The notes: generated by a model not told the origin, from the letters alone. DNA of 64,000 bases from Spirochaetia bacterium (GCA_963675665.1 OY776510.1:640001-704000), one strand, 5' to 3'. Counted from the stretch's first letter, positions 10,078-20,832 are shown. Made by a program: numbers and translations.

Positions 10078-12087
10078 CTAACAGCGTTCAATGTCAACAA
10101 AAGTTGAATGAGTTCTTGAGCCGCCGGAAGGCATTGTCGGTTCTGTTGAAGTAAGTATATTTGAATAACTGCAATCCAGGCAGGCTGTTCCGGGAATAAT
10201 ATCTTCCGAAAGTTCTACGCCTATAGTCAGGCATCCGTCTTTGCTCTTAACTTCTACCGTATCTCCATCGACAATTCCCCTCGCCAGTGCGTCGGTAGTA
10301 TTCATAAGCAGCAGCGGCTGATTTTTTTCCATTATTATAAACTGCGAATTGATCCGTTTTCGCTGGTGCGGCGTGATCAGCTGAATTTTACCGGGCGGCC
10401 GGTAATCGGTGTAAACAGGAAACGGGCTTCCGCCGAGTTTAGAATATTCACCTGAACTTATTTCAATCCTGCCCGAGGGAGTATTCAGCGGGGAACCGTC
10501 CGGATCGGCTATAAAATCCGCGAGCGCAACGCGGGAATCATCCGCGCCGAACCAGATGCCGCGTTCTTTAAATTCGTCCGGTTTGTCAACTTCCGAATTC
10601 CTTAAAAAATGATCCAGCCATGCGGCTTCATCGCGGCCTTCGGTAAACAAGTCCCTGAAGCCGAGCCGTTCAGCGAGCAGGCTGTATATTTCATAATCGG
10701 TCTTCACCCCGGGCGGCGGCTCAACGGCTTTTGCAGAATACAAGAGGAAATTGCCTTCGGGAAAGACTATATCATTGCGTTCCAGAAAATCAGCCGCGGG
10801 CAGCACAACATCGGCCAGTTCGGCGGTCGGGGTCAGAAACATATCATGGGTTACAAAAAAATCAAGCGACGTCAGCGCCTTTGCTGATTTTTTGCTGTCG
10901 GCTCCCTGAAGCATATAATTTCCGCCGCAGTTATAAGCCGCCTTTACAGGAGGACCGTCCGGCAGCCCGGTTAAAACTGCATCCGGCCAGCTGTAAACCG
11001 GAACATACCGCATGTCGGCAAAAGATCCTTTCGGCACGGAGCTGATTTTTCCGCATCGGACCTTTGTCATAGGCCCCCAGATGTTTGCACCGCTCGATCC
11101 GCCTTTTACGCCGGTATTTCCCGTAACAGCCTGCAGAACCATTGCCGACCTGGCTGAATCCTCCCCGCCGAGGGTCCTCTGAATCGACAGACCGGGAATT
11201 AAGGCGGCCGGCTTGTATCGTCTGTAGCAGTCGGCAACCTCCCTGACCGAATCTTCGGATGTTCCGCAGACGACTGATGCCCATTTCGGACTTTTCACCG
11301 GATGCTCGTAGAGCCATTCTTTATATTCGCTGAAACCATGGCAGTATTTGGATATAAAGGCTGAATCTGTTCCGCCGTCCTCGCAGAGATCATATATCAC
11401 CCCGGCAATAAAGGCCGAATCTGTACCGGGTCTGATTGGTATCCATTCGGCATTCAGAGCATCAACCGTGCGGCTTTTTCTCGGATCAACCACAATCATT
11501 TTTACACCCTGATTTCTCAGGAATTTCAATCGGTTAAAAAGCTCGCATCCGAAACGCAGGTCGGCGATATTGGCCCCAAGCAAAAGTACAAAGCGCGTCT
11601 GCATCAGGCTGCCGGCGTCTATTGCGGCATTTGAGGTTCCAAACACATAGGGGGTTACAAAACTTGCCGCGGCGGAACTGTATGACGCCGTTGTTTCGGT
11701 ATATCCGCCGAAAAGTTTCAAAAACCGCTGCGTCAGCGTTGAGGTATTATGAAGCGCGCCCCTGCAGGACCCGCTGCCTCCCAGTCGTATTACCGTAGAG
11801 GCCCCGTAAAGCTTTCGAAGCTGCAACAGCTTTTCCGCAGTATAATCAAGAGCGGCATCCCAGGAGGCCTTTTCCAGCCGGTCCGTTCTGCGGTTAAGCA
11901 AAAGGGGGCTGACGAGACGTTCCGGATGATTTGTAAGCCTGTGTGCATTGTATCCCCTCGCACAGCCGCTCATCCACCTGCCCTTGCGGGGATTGTCGGC
12001 AATTCGTATAACTCTGTTGTCTTTTATTTCGGCAACAAGAGGACAACCCGCCCCGCAGTCTTTGTTGCAGCTAACCGGAACCTTCAT
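10078..12087 (-). CDS. Molybdopterin (Mo-bisPGD) oxidoreductase, DmsA/BisC-like catalytic subunit without Tat signal
   Basis: N-terminal CxxxCxxxC...C cluster, SYSSAA (likely Ser ligand), VDPR, PIRPGTD, TAELADVVLPA, LNTPSGRIE. Start placed at ATG 12087, 6 nt after a -10 box. Confidence 0.85.
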   Translation of the reverse strand: MKVPVSCNKDCGAGCPLVAEIKDNRVIRIADNPRKGRWMSGCARGYNAHRLTNHPERLVSPLLLNRRTDRLEKASWDAALDYTAEKLLQLRKLYGASTVIRLGGSGSCRGALHNTSTLTQRFLKLFGGYTETTASYSSAAASFVTPYVFGTSNAAIDAGSLMQTRFVLLLGANIADLRFGCELFNRLKFLRNQGVKMIVVDPRKSRTVDALNAEWIPIRPGTDSAFIAGVIYDLCEDGGTDSAFISKYCHGFSEYKEWLYEHPVKSPKWASVVCGTSEDSVREVADCYRRYKPAALIPGLSIQRTLGGEDSARSAMVLQAVTGNTGVKGGSSGANIWGPMTKVRCGKISSVPKGSFADMRYVPVYSWPDAVLTGLPDGPPVKAAYNCGGNYMLQGADSKKSAKALTSLDFFVTHDMFLTPTAELADVVLPAADFLERNDIVFPEGNFLLYSAKAVEPPPGVKTDYEIYSLLAERLGFRDLFTEGRDEAAWLDHFLRNSEVDKPDEFKERGIWFGADDSRVALADFIADPDGSPLNTPSGRIEISSGEYSKLGGSPFPVYTDYRPPGKIQLITPHQRKRINSQFIIMEKNQPLLLMNTTDALARGIVDGDTVEVKSKDGCLTIGVELSEDIIPGTACLDCSYSNILTSTEPTMPSGGSRTHSTFVDIERC

Positions 12088-12163
12088 CCTGCTAATATAC
12101 ATTCATTTAAATATCAAAGCAATCTCGACAAAGTCATCCAGCCTTGGTAATATAAGCGCGGAT

Positions 12164-14101
12164 ATGAATACAAGAATTAACAAAGCCTATTTTCTGATCC
12201 CGATAGTATATATTGCGGTGATCGGTTTTTTATTATACATGCAATTTTCCGGTTCCAGATCTTTTCAGGCGGAGGTTTCCGGAATATCGATGAACGGCAG
12301 AACACATGCCGGGGCTCCGGGCAAAGATGATGAAATTACCGAACTGTCGGTCCACTGTAACGGTATTAATTTTTCTTTCGGCAAAAACAACCCGCTGCTG
12401 GTGTTCTCGCAGGACGGACTTACCCACAAAACAGTACCGCAGGATTACCGTGTTACAGCATCCGGAATTGACATCAGACTTACAAAAGGCATCAGCGTCA
12501 GCTTTTATTATTCTCCGAACGACAATGAAATAATTCATATATCCATTACGGCAGAAGATCCGGAATCTATTAAGTACATACATCTTCCGGTAGCTGAAAA
12601 GGAAACCGAACTCAGTTCCATGGAGGGCGTTCCGGTACTCTCGGCCGAATCGGAGACTCTCGGAAGCTTTTTTCTCACCCTTCCGGAATCAGGTACATTC
12701 AATGCTGATAATAATGTCATCGTCATATATCCTGAAGAAACGGAAACAAATGAACTTACCTTTGAAAAAGCTTCTGTTTCAGGACTGGACGCCTTCACCT
12801 ACTGGGTAAGCGGAAATGCCGATCTCATTACGCCGGAACAGCTCTCGCTTAAAATAACCGCCTATATTGAAAATGCCAACGAAAAACTTATGAACGCCCG
12901 TTACAACCAGACCAGGGGCACATGGGCAACCGGAACAGGATTATCCGCTTTCAGTGAAAAAGCGCTGATCATGGCCGCTACCGAAAGCATAGGGACCGCA
13001 TCATATGCCCGCACCATGGAGCTGCTTAACCAGGCGGCGGCAAGCCACAGCCGCGAACTTACCGGTTACAGCTCCGCGCTGTTCGGAAATATAGTAAACA
13101 CAATATGGAGTTACGACGAAGAACTTGATGATAAACCTGCGGAATTGCTGAGAAAAACTGATTCATTTGATTATTCCGTTTTTGAAGAAGACAAACTGAC
13201 GGCTGCTGTTCTGACGGAAGATTCCGCAAAACTGATTGATTCTCTTGTAAAAATGTCTGAAGAGATTAACGGGCACGATCTTACACTTGGCCAGGCCGCA
13301 GCAATGCTTGCCTTTTACTCGGAACTCTCGCTAAAGCAGCCGGAACTTGCTTTGCGCTTCGATAATCTTGAAAATATAATTGAATTATCGATTCTGCCTT
13401 CTCTTAAGGTGCTTTCAGACAGGCTTTTCATAGCAAACAGCAATAATACTTCACAGGTGTATCTTTCACTCAAAACCGGAATGCTGCTCATGAATATGCC
13501 CGGCAAAGATTCCGAAAATAAATATCAGTCAATAGGAGGGGAGCTTGTAAATTCGGTATTGCAGCTCTCGAATGATGAAGGGTATCTGCCTGAAACTGTA
13601 AGCCTGTCCGATACCGGCGATCTTCTTACCGAGGGAATTATTACCCCGGAAACGGTATATCCGCTTTTATCCGGCAGTCCGTACGCTCCGGCTGAAGATT
13701 ATTTTTACGCGGAAACCGGAGAGAAGATCTGCGTGCTTAACCAGGCTGAAACCTTTACTGTTGAGAAAAATGAAACCGGCTACAGAATAGCTTTCGATTT
13801 CCCTGCCGGGCTGACCCATACTTTCGCCGTCAGAAACATCCCGCCGTTCTACCAGATGAATATGCTCGGATACCGATGGAACTCTGATCATCGTTTTCAA
13901 AATTATTCAAGCGGCTGGTGGTATGATCGACAGCACAATACATTATTTGTTAAAATCCGTCACCGGGAAAAAACGGAAGAGCTGGTGATACGAACAGAGA
14001 GACCGCCCGAACCGGCGGCGCCTCCCGTTTCTGAAACTGAAACTCCGGAAACCTCTTCCGGAAATGAAGCAGGAACTGATGCTGCAGAAGCCAACGGCTA
14101 A
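12164..14101 (+). CDS. Membrane-anchored hypothetical protein
   Basis: Long ORF with an N-terminal hydrophobic helix after Met at 12164 and a Pro/Glu-rich tail. The track start (11948) overlaps the divergent gene. Confidence 0.75.
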   Translation: MNTRINKAYFLIPIVYIAVIGFLLYMQFSGSRSFQAEVSGISMNGRTHAGAPGKDDEITELSVHCNGINFSFGKNNPLLVFSQDGLTHKTVPQDYRVTASGIDIRLTKGISVSFYYSPNDNEIIHISITAEDPESIKYIHLPVAEKETELSSMEGVPVLSAESETLGSFFLTLPESGTFNADNNVIVIYPEETETNELTFEKASVSGLDAFTYWVSGNADLITPEQLSLKITAYIENANEKLMNARYNQTRGTWATGTGLSAFSEKALIMAATESIGTASYARTMELLNQAAASHSRELTGYSSALFGNIVNTIWSYDEELDDKPAELLRKTDSFDYSVFEEDKLTAAVLTEDSAKLIDSLVKMSEEINGHDLTLGQAAAMLAFYSELSLKQPELALRFDNLENIIELSILPSLKVLSDRLFIANSNNTSQVYLSLKTGMLLMNMPGKDSENKYQSIGGELVNSVLQLSNDEGYLPETVSLSDTGDLLTEGIITPETVYPLLSGSPYAPAEDYFYAETGEKICVLNQAETFTVEKNETGYRIAFDFPAGLTHTFAVRNIPPFYQMNMLGYRWNSDHRFQNYSSGWWYDRQHNTLFVKIRHREKTEELVIRTERPPEPAAPPVSETETPETSSGNEAGTDAAEANG

Positions 14102-14113
14102 ACGCCGGTTAAG

Positions 14114-14440
14114 TTAATCAGTTTCACAACTGCATTTTACATTGCCTTTTATAATTTCTTTCCAGTCGCCTAAAACATCATGAGTCCAGCAGTCATCTGC
14201 GCCGGCAGCTTCCCTCATTACCAGCGCAAGGATATAAGACAATTCCTTGACTGTTGCCCCGGCGTCAAGGGCGCCTTTAAAATGCTTTAGCACACAGGGT
14301 TTTGATCTTGCCTTTATCGATAATGCAAAACAGATAAACTGATAGGTTTTTTCATCAATCAGTCGTTTTTCCTTATATAATGCATCTATATCGTCCAGCT
14401 TCTCGCTAAATTCGGGAAAAAAATTTTCCAGCATTCTCAT
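14114..14440 (-). CDS. Carboxymuconolactone decarboxylase/AhpD-like protein
   Basis: IDEKTYQFICFALSI...CVLKHFKGALDAGAT..EL pattern; AGGAG SD. Confidence 0.8.
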   Translation of the reverse strand: MRMLENFFPEFSEKLDDIDALYKEKRLIDEKTYQFICFALSIKARSKPCVLKHFKGALDAGATVKELSYILALVMREAAGADDCWTHDVLGDWKEIIKGNVKCSCETD

Positions 14441-14508
14441 TTCGTTTCTCCTTACAGGGTTCTTTTTGCTGGTTATATAATATATTACATGAGCATTTTG
14501 GTATACTA

Positions 14509-15282
14509 TTATTTTCGTTTCAGCAACGGATTTATGAAGGCTTTGATTCTGCTGTATGTCGGCTGAACCTTTGATTTCTGCTGATTAAGATCTTTAAGCT
14601 TGCCGGCAAAAAAACTTGTTTCGAATTCCCATATACAGAATTGAACCGAGTTGTTCCTGTCGAAAACCGGGGTACAGATTATTCCGGAATCTTCAGATTC
14701 TTTCCATGACGCTCTCTGCTTTTCCATAAACACAAGAATTTCCGAAAGTTTCAGATCGGATCTGAGTTCAAGAATGTTTCCAATTAATTTGCCTTCATTG
14801 TCCTTCAGTATACGGCTTTTCAGCTTGTTGCTTATTGCAAACAAAACACCGTTTACATCAGTAACGGCGACAGGTTCGGAATAGCCTTCGCACAACGAGC
14901 CGGCAAGGCTGTTTAATGCCGAGATTCTTTCGGATCTCATGGCCGACAACTGGTTTTCATGCTTCAGAACCTTTTTTATTTCTTCTCCCAGAGAACCCAT
15001 TTCCCTGAATGCCTTCTCTGCATTTGCGCTGTGTATTTCGTCGAACGAGGTCAGCCTTCTGATAGTCTTCAATATTTTTTTATGATTTAACAGAAGAGAA
15101 ACTCCGACCCAAACCTGTATGATGAGCGCCGCCAATCCCCAGAAGAAAAAATTCTGAAGTTCAAGATCAAGAGACCATGATTTTCCGCCGTTTATGGAAA
15201 GCCCGGATACAACCAGCAGAAGAGTAACCAGGATAATAATAACTAAAGATATTACCAATCGTTTTAACCGTACTACAATCAT
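14509..15282 (-). CDS. Two-TM hypothetical membrane protein in the ktr operon
   Basis: ATG immediately follows the ktrA stop; two hydrophobic segments and a PAS-like C-terminal region. Confidence 0.65.
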   Translation of the reverse strand: MIVVRLKRLVISLVIIILVTLLLVVSGLSINGGKSWSLDLELQNFFFWGLAALIIQVWVGVSLLLNHKKILKTIRRLTSFDEIHSANAEKAFREMGSLGEEIKKVLKHENQLSAMRSERISALNSLAGSLCEGYSEPVAVTDVNGVLFAISNKLKSRILKDNEGKLIGNILELRSDLKLSEILVFMEKQRASWKESEDSGIICTPVFDRNNSVQFCIWEFETSFFAGKLKDLNQQKSKVQPTYSRIKAFINPLLKRK

Positions 15283-15283
15283 A

Positions 15284-15979
15284 TCAGTTGTCCGTACTCT
15301 TTTGGAATGCTTCAAGATCTTCTTCGGTCCCTATTAAAATAAGAACGTCCCCTTCCAGAAGCTTGTCTTCCGGATCAGGGAAAAGCAGTGACTCCTTTCT
15401 TACCGCCGAACCTTCGGTATTCAATTCGGACACTGTTCTCCTGACACTGGTAAGCCTGAGATGAAACCGGTTAACAAGATCCAGTGAAGCCACACTGCTG
15501 TTTTCCAGCCCGTCGGGAAGATACATCTCGGCCAGAAAGATATGCTTGGAGAGCGCAACCTTTTCCATTACCGACGGCGCAATCAGGTTCAAAGCGACTC
15601 GCCGGCCCTGTTCCTCTTCGATATTTATTACCTCGTCGGCGCCCAGCTGTCTCAGTACCTGGAAATGAGTTTTGTTTACCGCCCTTGCAACAATATAAGG
15701 AACTCCGGTTTGTTTAAGAAGGTTTGTTGTGAGTATGCTTGCTTCTATATTGTCGCCTATTGCAACTATTGCGGCATCAACCTGATCAAACGGGGCCTCT
15801 CTGATTGAGTCTTCATCGGTTGCATCAAGCAGAATGGCCTGCGTTACGGAGTCCCTGATTTTATTAATCTGTTCAGGCCGGTTGTCGAGGGCTATAACCT
15901 GCCCGCCCTTCTCCATCAGGACCTGGCAGACTTTCCATCCGAACATTCCCAGGCCTATTACAGCAAAGGTTTTTTCCAT
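15284..15979 (-). CDS. ktrA: K+ uptake RCK regulatory subunit (KtrA/TrkA)
   Basis: FAVIGLGMFG, DATD, VAIGDNIEASIL, LGADEVI, C-terminal TrkA-C. Confidence 0.9.
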   Translation of the reverse strand: MEKTFAVIGLGMFGWKVCQVLMEKGGQVIALDNRPEQINKIRDSVTQAILLDATDEDSIREAPFDQVDAAIVAIGDNIEASILTTNLLKQTGVPYIVARAVNKTHFQVLRQLGADEVINIEEEQGRRVALNLIAPSVMEKVALSKHIFLAEMYLPDGLENSSVASLDLVNRFHLRLTSVRRTVSELNTEGSAVRKESLLFPDPEDKLLEGDVLILIGTEEDLEAFQKSTDN

Positions 15980-15990
15980 ACCCTAACCTC

Positions 15991-17691
15991 CTATCCTATT
16001 AATATCGAAGCTTCAGGAAAAGTTATATTGGATTTCTTCTCCCGGCCTGAAGATGCCGTTAATAATGTCAGCGGGCCAATTCTGCCGGCGAACATAAGGC
16101 ATATTATACATATTTTACCGGCAATACTTAAAAACGGCGTTAATCCGGTTGATAATCCGACTGTTGCAAATGCCGACACGGTTTCAAAAATGATATTTAT
16201 CGGTTCAGCATTTTCAGTGATCATCAGAATAAATGAAACAGTAAAAATTGATACTACTGCAAAAGCAATAACAATAAACGCCTGCTGTATTTTAACCTGG
16301 GCAACCTGGTGTTTATACAGAAGTATTTCATCTCTTTCTCGTCGAAATGAATGAATGTACGCCCAGACAACACCGAGAGTATTAACCTTTATGCCCCCGG
16401 CTGTGCTTCCGGACGCTCCGCCGATAAACATTATGCCTATCATAAACATCAGGGTGCTGCTTCTAAGTACTCCGAAGTTGACAGTATTGAAACCGGCGGT
16501 TCTCAGTGTTACGGCCTGAAAAAAGGCGGAAAGGTATTGCCGGCCCAGGTCAATACCGTACAACAGGGATTCATGCTCAAGCTTGTATATAAAAAGCATT
16601 GATATTAATATCAGCCCTCCGGAAACCTTGAGGACAACCCTGGTATTGACCGAGAATGCCGGCTTATCACCGGAAAACAACTTTTTAAGACCCGCAGCCG
16701 TATCAATAATAACTATAAAACTGATGCCTCCGAGAATAATCAGCGCAGAGATAATCAGATTCAACGGTATGTTTCCCTGTAAAGATTCGAAACTGTCCGA
16801 ATAAAGAGAAAAGCCGGCGTTGCAGAACGCGCTGATTGAGTGAAAAACCGAATAAAAAACGGCCGAACCGGGAGCAAGGTCCGTATTTATAAAAACGGGA
16901 AACAGCAACACCGCTCCGGCGGCTTCTATAGAAAAGGTTAATGTTATTATTCTTTTTACGCTTTTTCTGATTGAGGCGATGTCCTTTTCTTCAAGCATAA
17001 AACTTAAAACGCTCCTGTCTTTCAGGCTTACCGAGCGCCTCAGCATAAGCACCATAAAGGATGAAAGAAGCATTATACCCAGGCCCCCTATCTGAATAAG
17101 CAGCATGATTACGGTTTTTCCCCAGATTGTGTAATGGGACGCTGTATCAACTACGGCAAGCCCGGTTACGCACACGGCTGAGGTAGCAGTAAAAAGAGCA
17201 TCAATAAGCCTTATGTGGCCTGACGTACTCATAAACGGCAGCAACAGAAGCAGCGCACCGGCCAGTATTACAATAAAAAAACTGAGAACTACCGTCTGCG
17301 CCGGTTTTGTAGCTATTGAGTTAAGGTATCCTGTAAATTTTCTGAATCGTCCGTACATTTTAAGTATCAGAAGAATATTTCTTATAATGATAAAGAAAAA
17401 ATTCAGCCCTGATGTTGTATCGGGAGAGAAGATCAGATTCAGTTTGTTAACAATAAAGAAGAAGCTGTATACGCCCAGAAAAACAACCGAGGGCAGATGG
17501 GCTTTGATATATCCTGATTTATACGGCGATTTTATGAAGCTGACAGCAGTTTCCGATATGATAAACAAAAACAGCAGATAATCAATCAGATTCACAATCC
17601 AGGGAAAGCCGGAGACAACATACGGCTGTTGCTCAAGATAAAGGCCTGCGACTCCCAGAAACAGAAGCAGAAATACGCCGAGTTTACTCAT
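15991..17691 (-). CDS. ktrB: K+ uptake membrane subunit (KtrB/TrkH) with extra N-terminal TM segments
   Basis: SAVCVTGL, IQIGGLG, SAFCNAGF, RTAGF, GSTAGGIK, SAFATVGLS, GRIGPLT. Confidence 0.92.
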   Translation of the reverse strand: MSKLGVFLLLFLGVAGLYLEQQPYVVSGFPWIVNLIDYLLFLFIISETAVSFIKSPYKSGYIKAHLPSVVFLGVYSFFFIVNKLNLIFSPDTTSGLNFFFIIIRNILLILKMYGRFRKFTGYLNSIATKPAQTVVLSFFIVILAGALLLLLPFMSTSGHIRLIDALFTATSAVCVTGLAVVDTASHYTIWGKTVIMLLIQIGGLGIMLLSSFMVLMLRRSVSLKDRSVLSFMLEEKDIASIRKSVKRIITLTFSIEAAGAVLLFPVFINTDLAPGSAVFYSVFHSISAFCNAGFSLYSDSFESLQGNIPLNLIISALIILGGISFIVIIDTAAGLKKLFSGDKPAFSVNTRVVLKVSGGLILISMLFIYKLEHESLLYGIDLGRQYLSAFFQAVTLRTAGFNTVNFGVLRSSTLMFMIGIMFIGGASGSTAGGIKVNTLGVVWAYIHSFRRERDEILLYKHQVAQVKIQQAFIVIAFAVVSIFTVSFILMITENAEPINIIFETVSAFATVGLSTGLTPFLSIAGKICIICLMFAGRIGPLTLLTASSGREKKSNITFPEASILIG

Positions 17692-17856
17692 AGACTAAGT
17701 ATACTCTTTTTATTTTGCAGATCAATAAACCATTCCTTCATTTTTATTTTAACAGGTTTCACACCGCTTGATATACTTATGCTGAACGAGGATAAATAAC
17801 ACGGGGCATCGTCAAGCCTGATGCCCCGGTTAACAGAATTATGAAGATATTATAAA

Positions 17857-18051
17857 CTATCTTATTCTTTTTCTTTTCAGGCCTATTATCAGCCCGCCGG
17901 AAATAAATCCCAGGATAAATATTATCAGGTACATTACCGCTCTCGACATGCTGAACGTCCATGCCAGAAATGTAATATCAACAACCTGCGGATTCTGCGC
18001 CATAAAGATCAGAACCAGTATTCCAAAGATTATTCCAAGAATAAATTTCAT
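17857..18051 (-). CDS. LapA/DUF1049-like small membrane protein
   Basis: IFMAQN..V.I.FL.W pattern between two TM helices, basic C-terminus; AGGTG SD. Confidence 0.7.
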   Translation of the reverse strand: MKFILGIIFGILVLIFMAQNPQVVDITFLAWTFSMSRAVMYLIIFILGFISGGLIIGLKRKRIR

Positions 18052-18066
18052 GTTCGATACACCTCT

Positions 18067-20517
18067 CTATTTTTTTATCAGTATAAACTCTACCCTCCGG
18101 TTTTTCCACCTGTTTGTAATATCACTGTGCGGAACTACCGGCCTGTTACCGCCGTATCCCATGGTTGTAAGTCTTGTTGCATTGATTCCCCTTGCAATAA
18201 GAGCTTCCTTTATTACTTCAGCTCGTTCTACAGAGAGCGGCAGGAGGACTTCGTCCTGTTCCGTTTGAAGCCTGGCGGGATTGTCCCAGTAAACCCTGGC
18301 TGTATGCCCTTCAAGACGAATACGGTATTGGCTGTATTTCTTCAGAATCTCGGCAAGCCTGTCAAGTGTGGCAAGATTTTTCATCTTCTCTTCCGGATCA
18401 ACATTCAGATAATCCGCCTTGTTGGGTACAAAGTAAATGCTTGATATTATTATCTTTAAATTCTCACCATCCTTCATAACCAGAATATCTATGGGAACAG
18501 TGGTTTCGGCCACAGTTGAATTTCCCATTTTATCGGTTACGGTATACTGAATTGAATAATCAGACGCAGATTGAACCAGCTCGTTTTTATCGGAGAGGCC
18601 GTTCCATTTTATGACATCCCTTGATTCGCCGGTCCCTGCAAAAGTACGAAAGTTGTTTCCGGCAGGATCGATTATCCTGATTTTCCAGAAATCTATTCCG
18701 GAGACGTCTTTTGCCGTCGCTTTAATACTCAGAATATCATCAACACCGTCCTGATCCGGGGAGAAAATTGCAGGAGAAACCGATACTTCAGCTTCCGGCC
18801 CGGTAATATCCACTCTGAAGGTTTTTTCCGTTATTGAAGTAATATAGTTTCCTTTAAGATACTCAACATTTAACCGGGCTGTATATTCATCCTCCCGGAT
18901 AATTCCTTTTTCGTCTACACCGTCCCAATCAATACGGGAAGGAAGCGCACTGGTAATTTCATTTGAACCAAATGATTTCGTCAGATCTCCGTTATGGTTT
19001 ATAATCTCCAGACCCCAGGTCCCAATTTCTTCAGGCATATTGGTAGTGAGATCAAATGATATAAAGTCGTTCATACCGTCGCCGTCGGGAGAAGCACCCT
19101 TGTTATTCGAAGAAATCCTGACCACGGGAATTCTTGTATCTACCCTGATACTCTTCAGCTCTTTCACAGTCTGATTATCTGCTTTGTCGGTGCATTCAAT
19201 CCGATAACTGTAAGTACCGTCCGGAACCTTAATCCCGTTACTGTCCAAAGCGTTCCATTCAAACTGAGATGCCCGGCCGGTCCAGGTTTGTTTTCTTATT
19301 TCATTTCCCGAATTATTAAGAATTGATGCAGACCACAGATCTTCCTGGCTTGTACTCTGGTTAATTTTCAGCGTGTCGCGTCTTCCGTCTCCGTCAGGTG
19401 AAAATAAAAGGTAAGCTGCAGATAAATAAACAAGCGGCGGGGCATTGTCTATTTCGAAAAGCTGTGACACATTCTCCGGCATACTACCGTTTTTAAAAGT
19501 AAGGCTGATATGCCCTTTATAGAAGCCGTCGGGAAGGATTCTGCCGTTATTATCTTTACCGTCAAAAAGGATTGACGCTGGAAGAGATTTTTCACCGCTA
19601 TAGCTTCTGACCGTTTCGCCTTTACTGTTATGGATCGAAACAGTCCATGAGGTTAAATCCGTTGTGCTTACTGCATCAGTTGTCAGCAACAGGGTATCTT
19701 TCTTTCCGTCGTTATTCGGCGAAAATGATTCAAGATTCCTGCTGATTGAAACCGGGGACCTTTCGGTATTCACGGTTATTCCATCCAGACTGAAAACAGA
19801 CTTGTTTGAAGCCTCGTCAGTACTGCTGATAATATAGGAATACTCGCCGTCCGGAACATATTTCTCGCTTGTGTCTTTACCGTTCCAGACAAAATCGGTG
19901 GCTATTCCTTTCCAAACAAAAGTCTTAACGCTTGTTCCGGCGCTGTTGATTATTTTGCCTTCCCATTTAGCTTCGATACTTGAAAACCGCTGAAATATTC
20001 TAACTGTATCCAGCCGGCCGTCGCCATCGGGAGAAAATAACGGATATGCAGCGGAAATTTCAACTGAAGGCGCGGTATTGTCTATTATCACCATGAAGGA
20101 TGGAGATTTGTAAGATTGTTCATTTCCGTAGAAAATATCGATATGATAGAAATAATCTCCGTCCGGCAGATATTTTCCATTTTGATCTACCCCGGCCCAG
20201 CTGAAACTTTCGGGTATTTTCACTCCGGGTTTTTTCTTTCTGGCTGATACTTCACCCTGTTTGTAGACGGTCTTTCCGGTCTGATCTTCAATGATGATCC
20301 TGTATTCTGAAATTACAAGATCCTTATAGGGCGGGAGGCTGAACTCTACCTTAAGTTCATCATTAAGCCCGTCCTGATTAACTGGCGAAATCCATGTAAC
20401 ATCTTTAGGCAGATTTTCCAGGTCTATTTGACCTTCAAACGTTGCGCAGCCGGCAATTACTGATATTGCAGTTATTGCAACCATAAATTTCAGATATTTT
20501 CTTAGTCTATTAGTCAT
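18067..20517 (-). CDS. OmpA-family lipoprotein with six FlgD-Ig/CHU_C-like repeats
   Basis: Lipobox IAGC; six SPxxDGxxD repeats; C-terminal OmpA domain (EGHT, LS..RA, GYG..RP, NRRVEF). AGGAGG SD before ATG 20517. Confidence 0.85.
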   Translation of the reverse strand: MTNRLRKYLKFMVAITAISVIAGCATFEGQIDLENLPKDVTWISPVNQDGLNDELKVEFSLPPYKDLVISEYRIIIEDQTGKTVYKQGEVSARKKKPGVKIPESFSWAGVDQNGKYLPDGDYFYHIDIFYGNEQSYKSPSFMVIIDNTAPSVEISAAYPLFSPDGDGRLDTVRIFQRFSSIEAKWEGKIINSAGTSVKTFVWKGIATDFVWNGKDTSEKYVPDGEYSYIISSTDEASNKSVFSLDGITVNTERSPVSISRNLESFSPNNDGKKDTLLLTTDAVSTTDLTSWTVSIHNSKGETVRSYSGEKSLPASILFDGKDNNGRILPDGFYKGHISLTFKNGSMPENVSQLFEIDNAPPLVYLSAAYLLFSPDGDGRRDTLKINQSTSQEDLWSASILNNSGNEIRKQTWTGRASQFEWNALDSNGIKVPDGTYSYRIECTDKADNQTVKELKSIRVDTRIPVVRISSNNKGASPDGDGMNDFISFDLTTNMPEEIGTWGLEIINHNGDLTKSFGSNEITSALPSRIDWDGVDEKGIIREDEYTARLNVEYLKGNYITSITEKTFRVDITGPEAEVSVSPAIFSPDQDGVDDILSIKATAKDVSGIDFWKIRIIDPAGNNFRTFAGTGESRDVIKWNGLSDKNELVQSASDYSIQYTVTDKMGNSTVAETTVPIDILVMKDGENLKIIISSIYFVPNKADYLNVDPEEKMKNLATLDRLAEILKKYSQYRIRLEGHTARVYWDNPARLQTEQDEVLLPLSVERAEVIKEALIARGINATRLTTMGYGGNRPVVPHSDITNRWKNRRVEFILIKK

Positions 20518-20737
20518 TGAAATCCTCCTGAATTTCTTTTTCGTTAGATTCAACTTTCAGTATCCTGATCCCAAGATTCCTGAATCTGTTCAAAACACCG
20601 AAAAGCTCCGCCTGGTCCCTGACAGAGCCTTTAATTACAGTTGTCCCTTCCGGGGTTTTAAGAGTTTTTGCATCATCAAGCCATTCTTTCCAATCCCTTT
20701 CAATATGGCCTTTTACAACAATTTCTATGTTTTCCAT
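20510..20737 (-). CDS. Small ACT-like hypothetical protein of the type found downstream of MalT-like regulators
   Basis: EI.VKGH...W.EW...T.I.G.V.DQAEL.GVL..F.NLG pattern; overlaps the start of the OmpA gene. Confidence 0.7.
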   Translation of the reverse strand: MENIEIVVKGHIERDWKEWLDDAKTLKTPEGTTVIKGSVRDQAELFGVLNRFRNLGIRILKVESNEKEIQEDFND

Positions 20738-20832
20738 ATAGATCTCTTCATAGGTAATATTGATAATACGTCAGATTTGGATGAGAGAACCCTGCCGAAA
20801 GTTAGGTTTTTTGATTGTTAAGGTATGGTTTT

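Noticed and set aside
11948-12163. ORF-track N-terminal extensions (also 27580-27741, 42794-42883, 49824-49991, 62409-62474)
   Set aside because: They overlap neighbouring genes or promoters; better-supported starts lie downstream.
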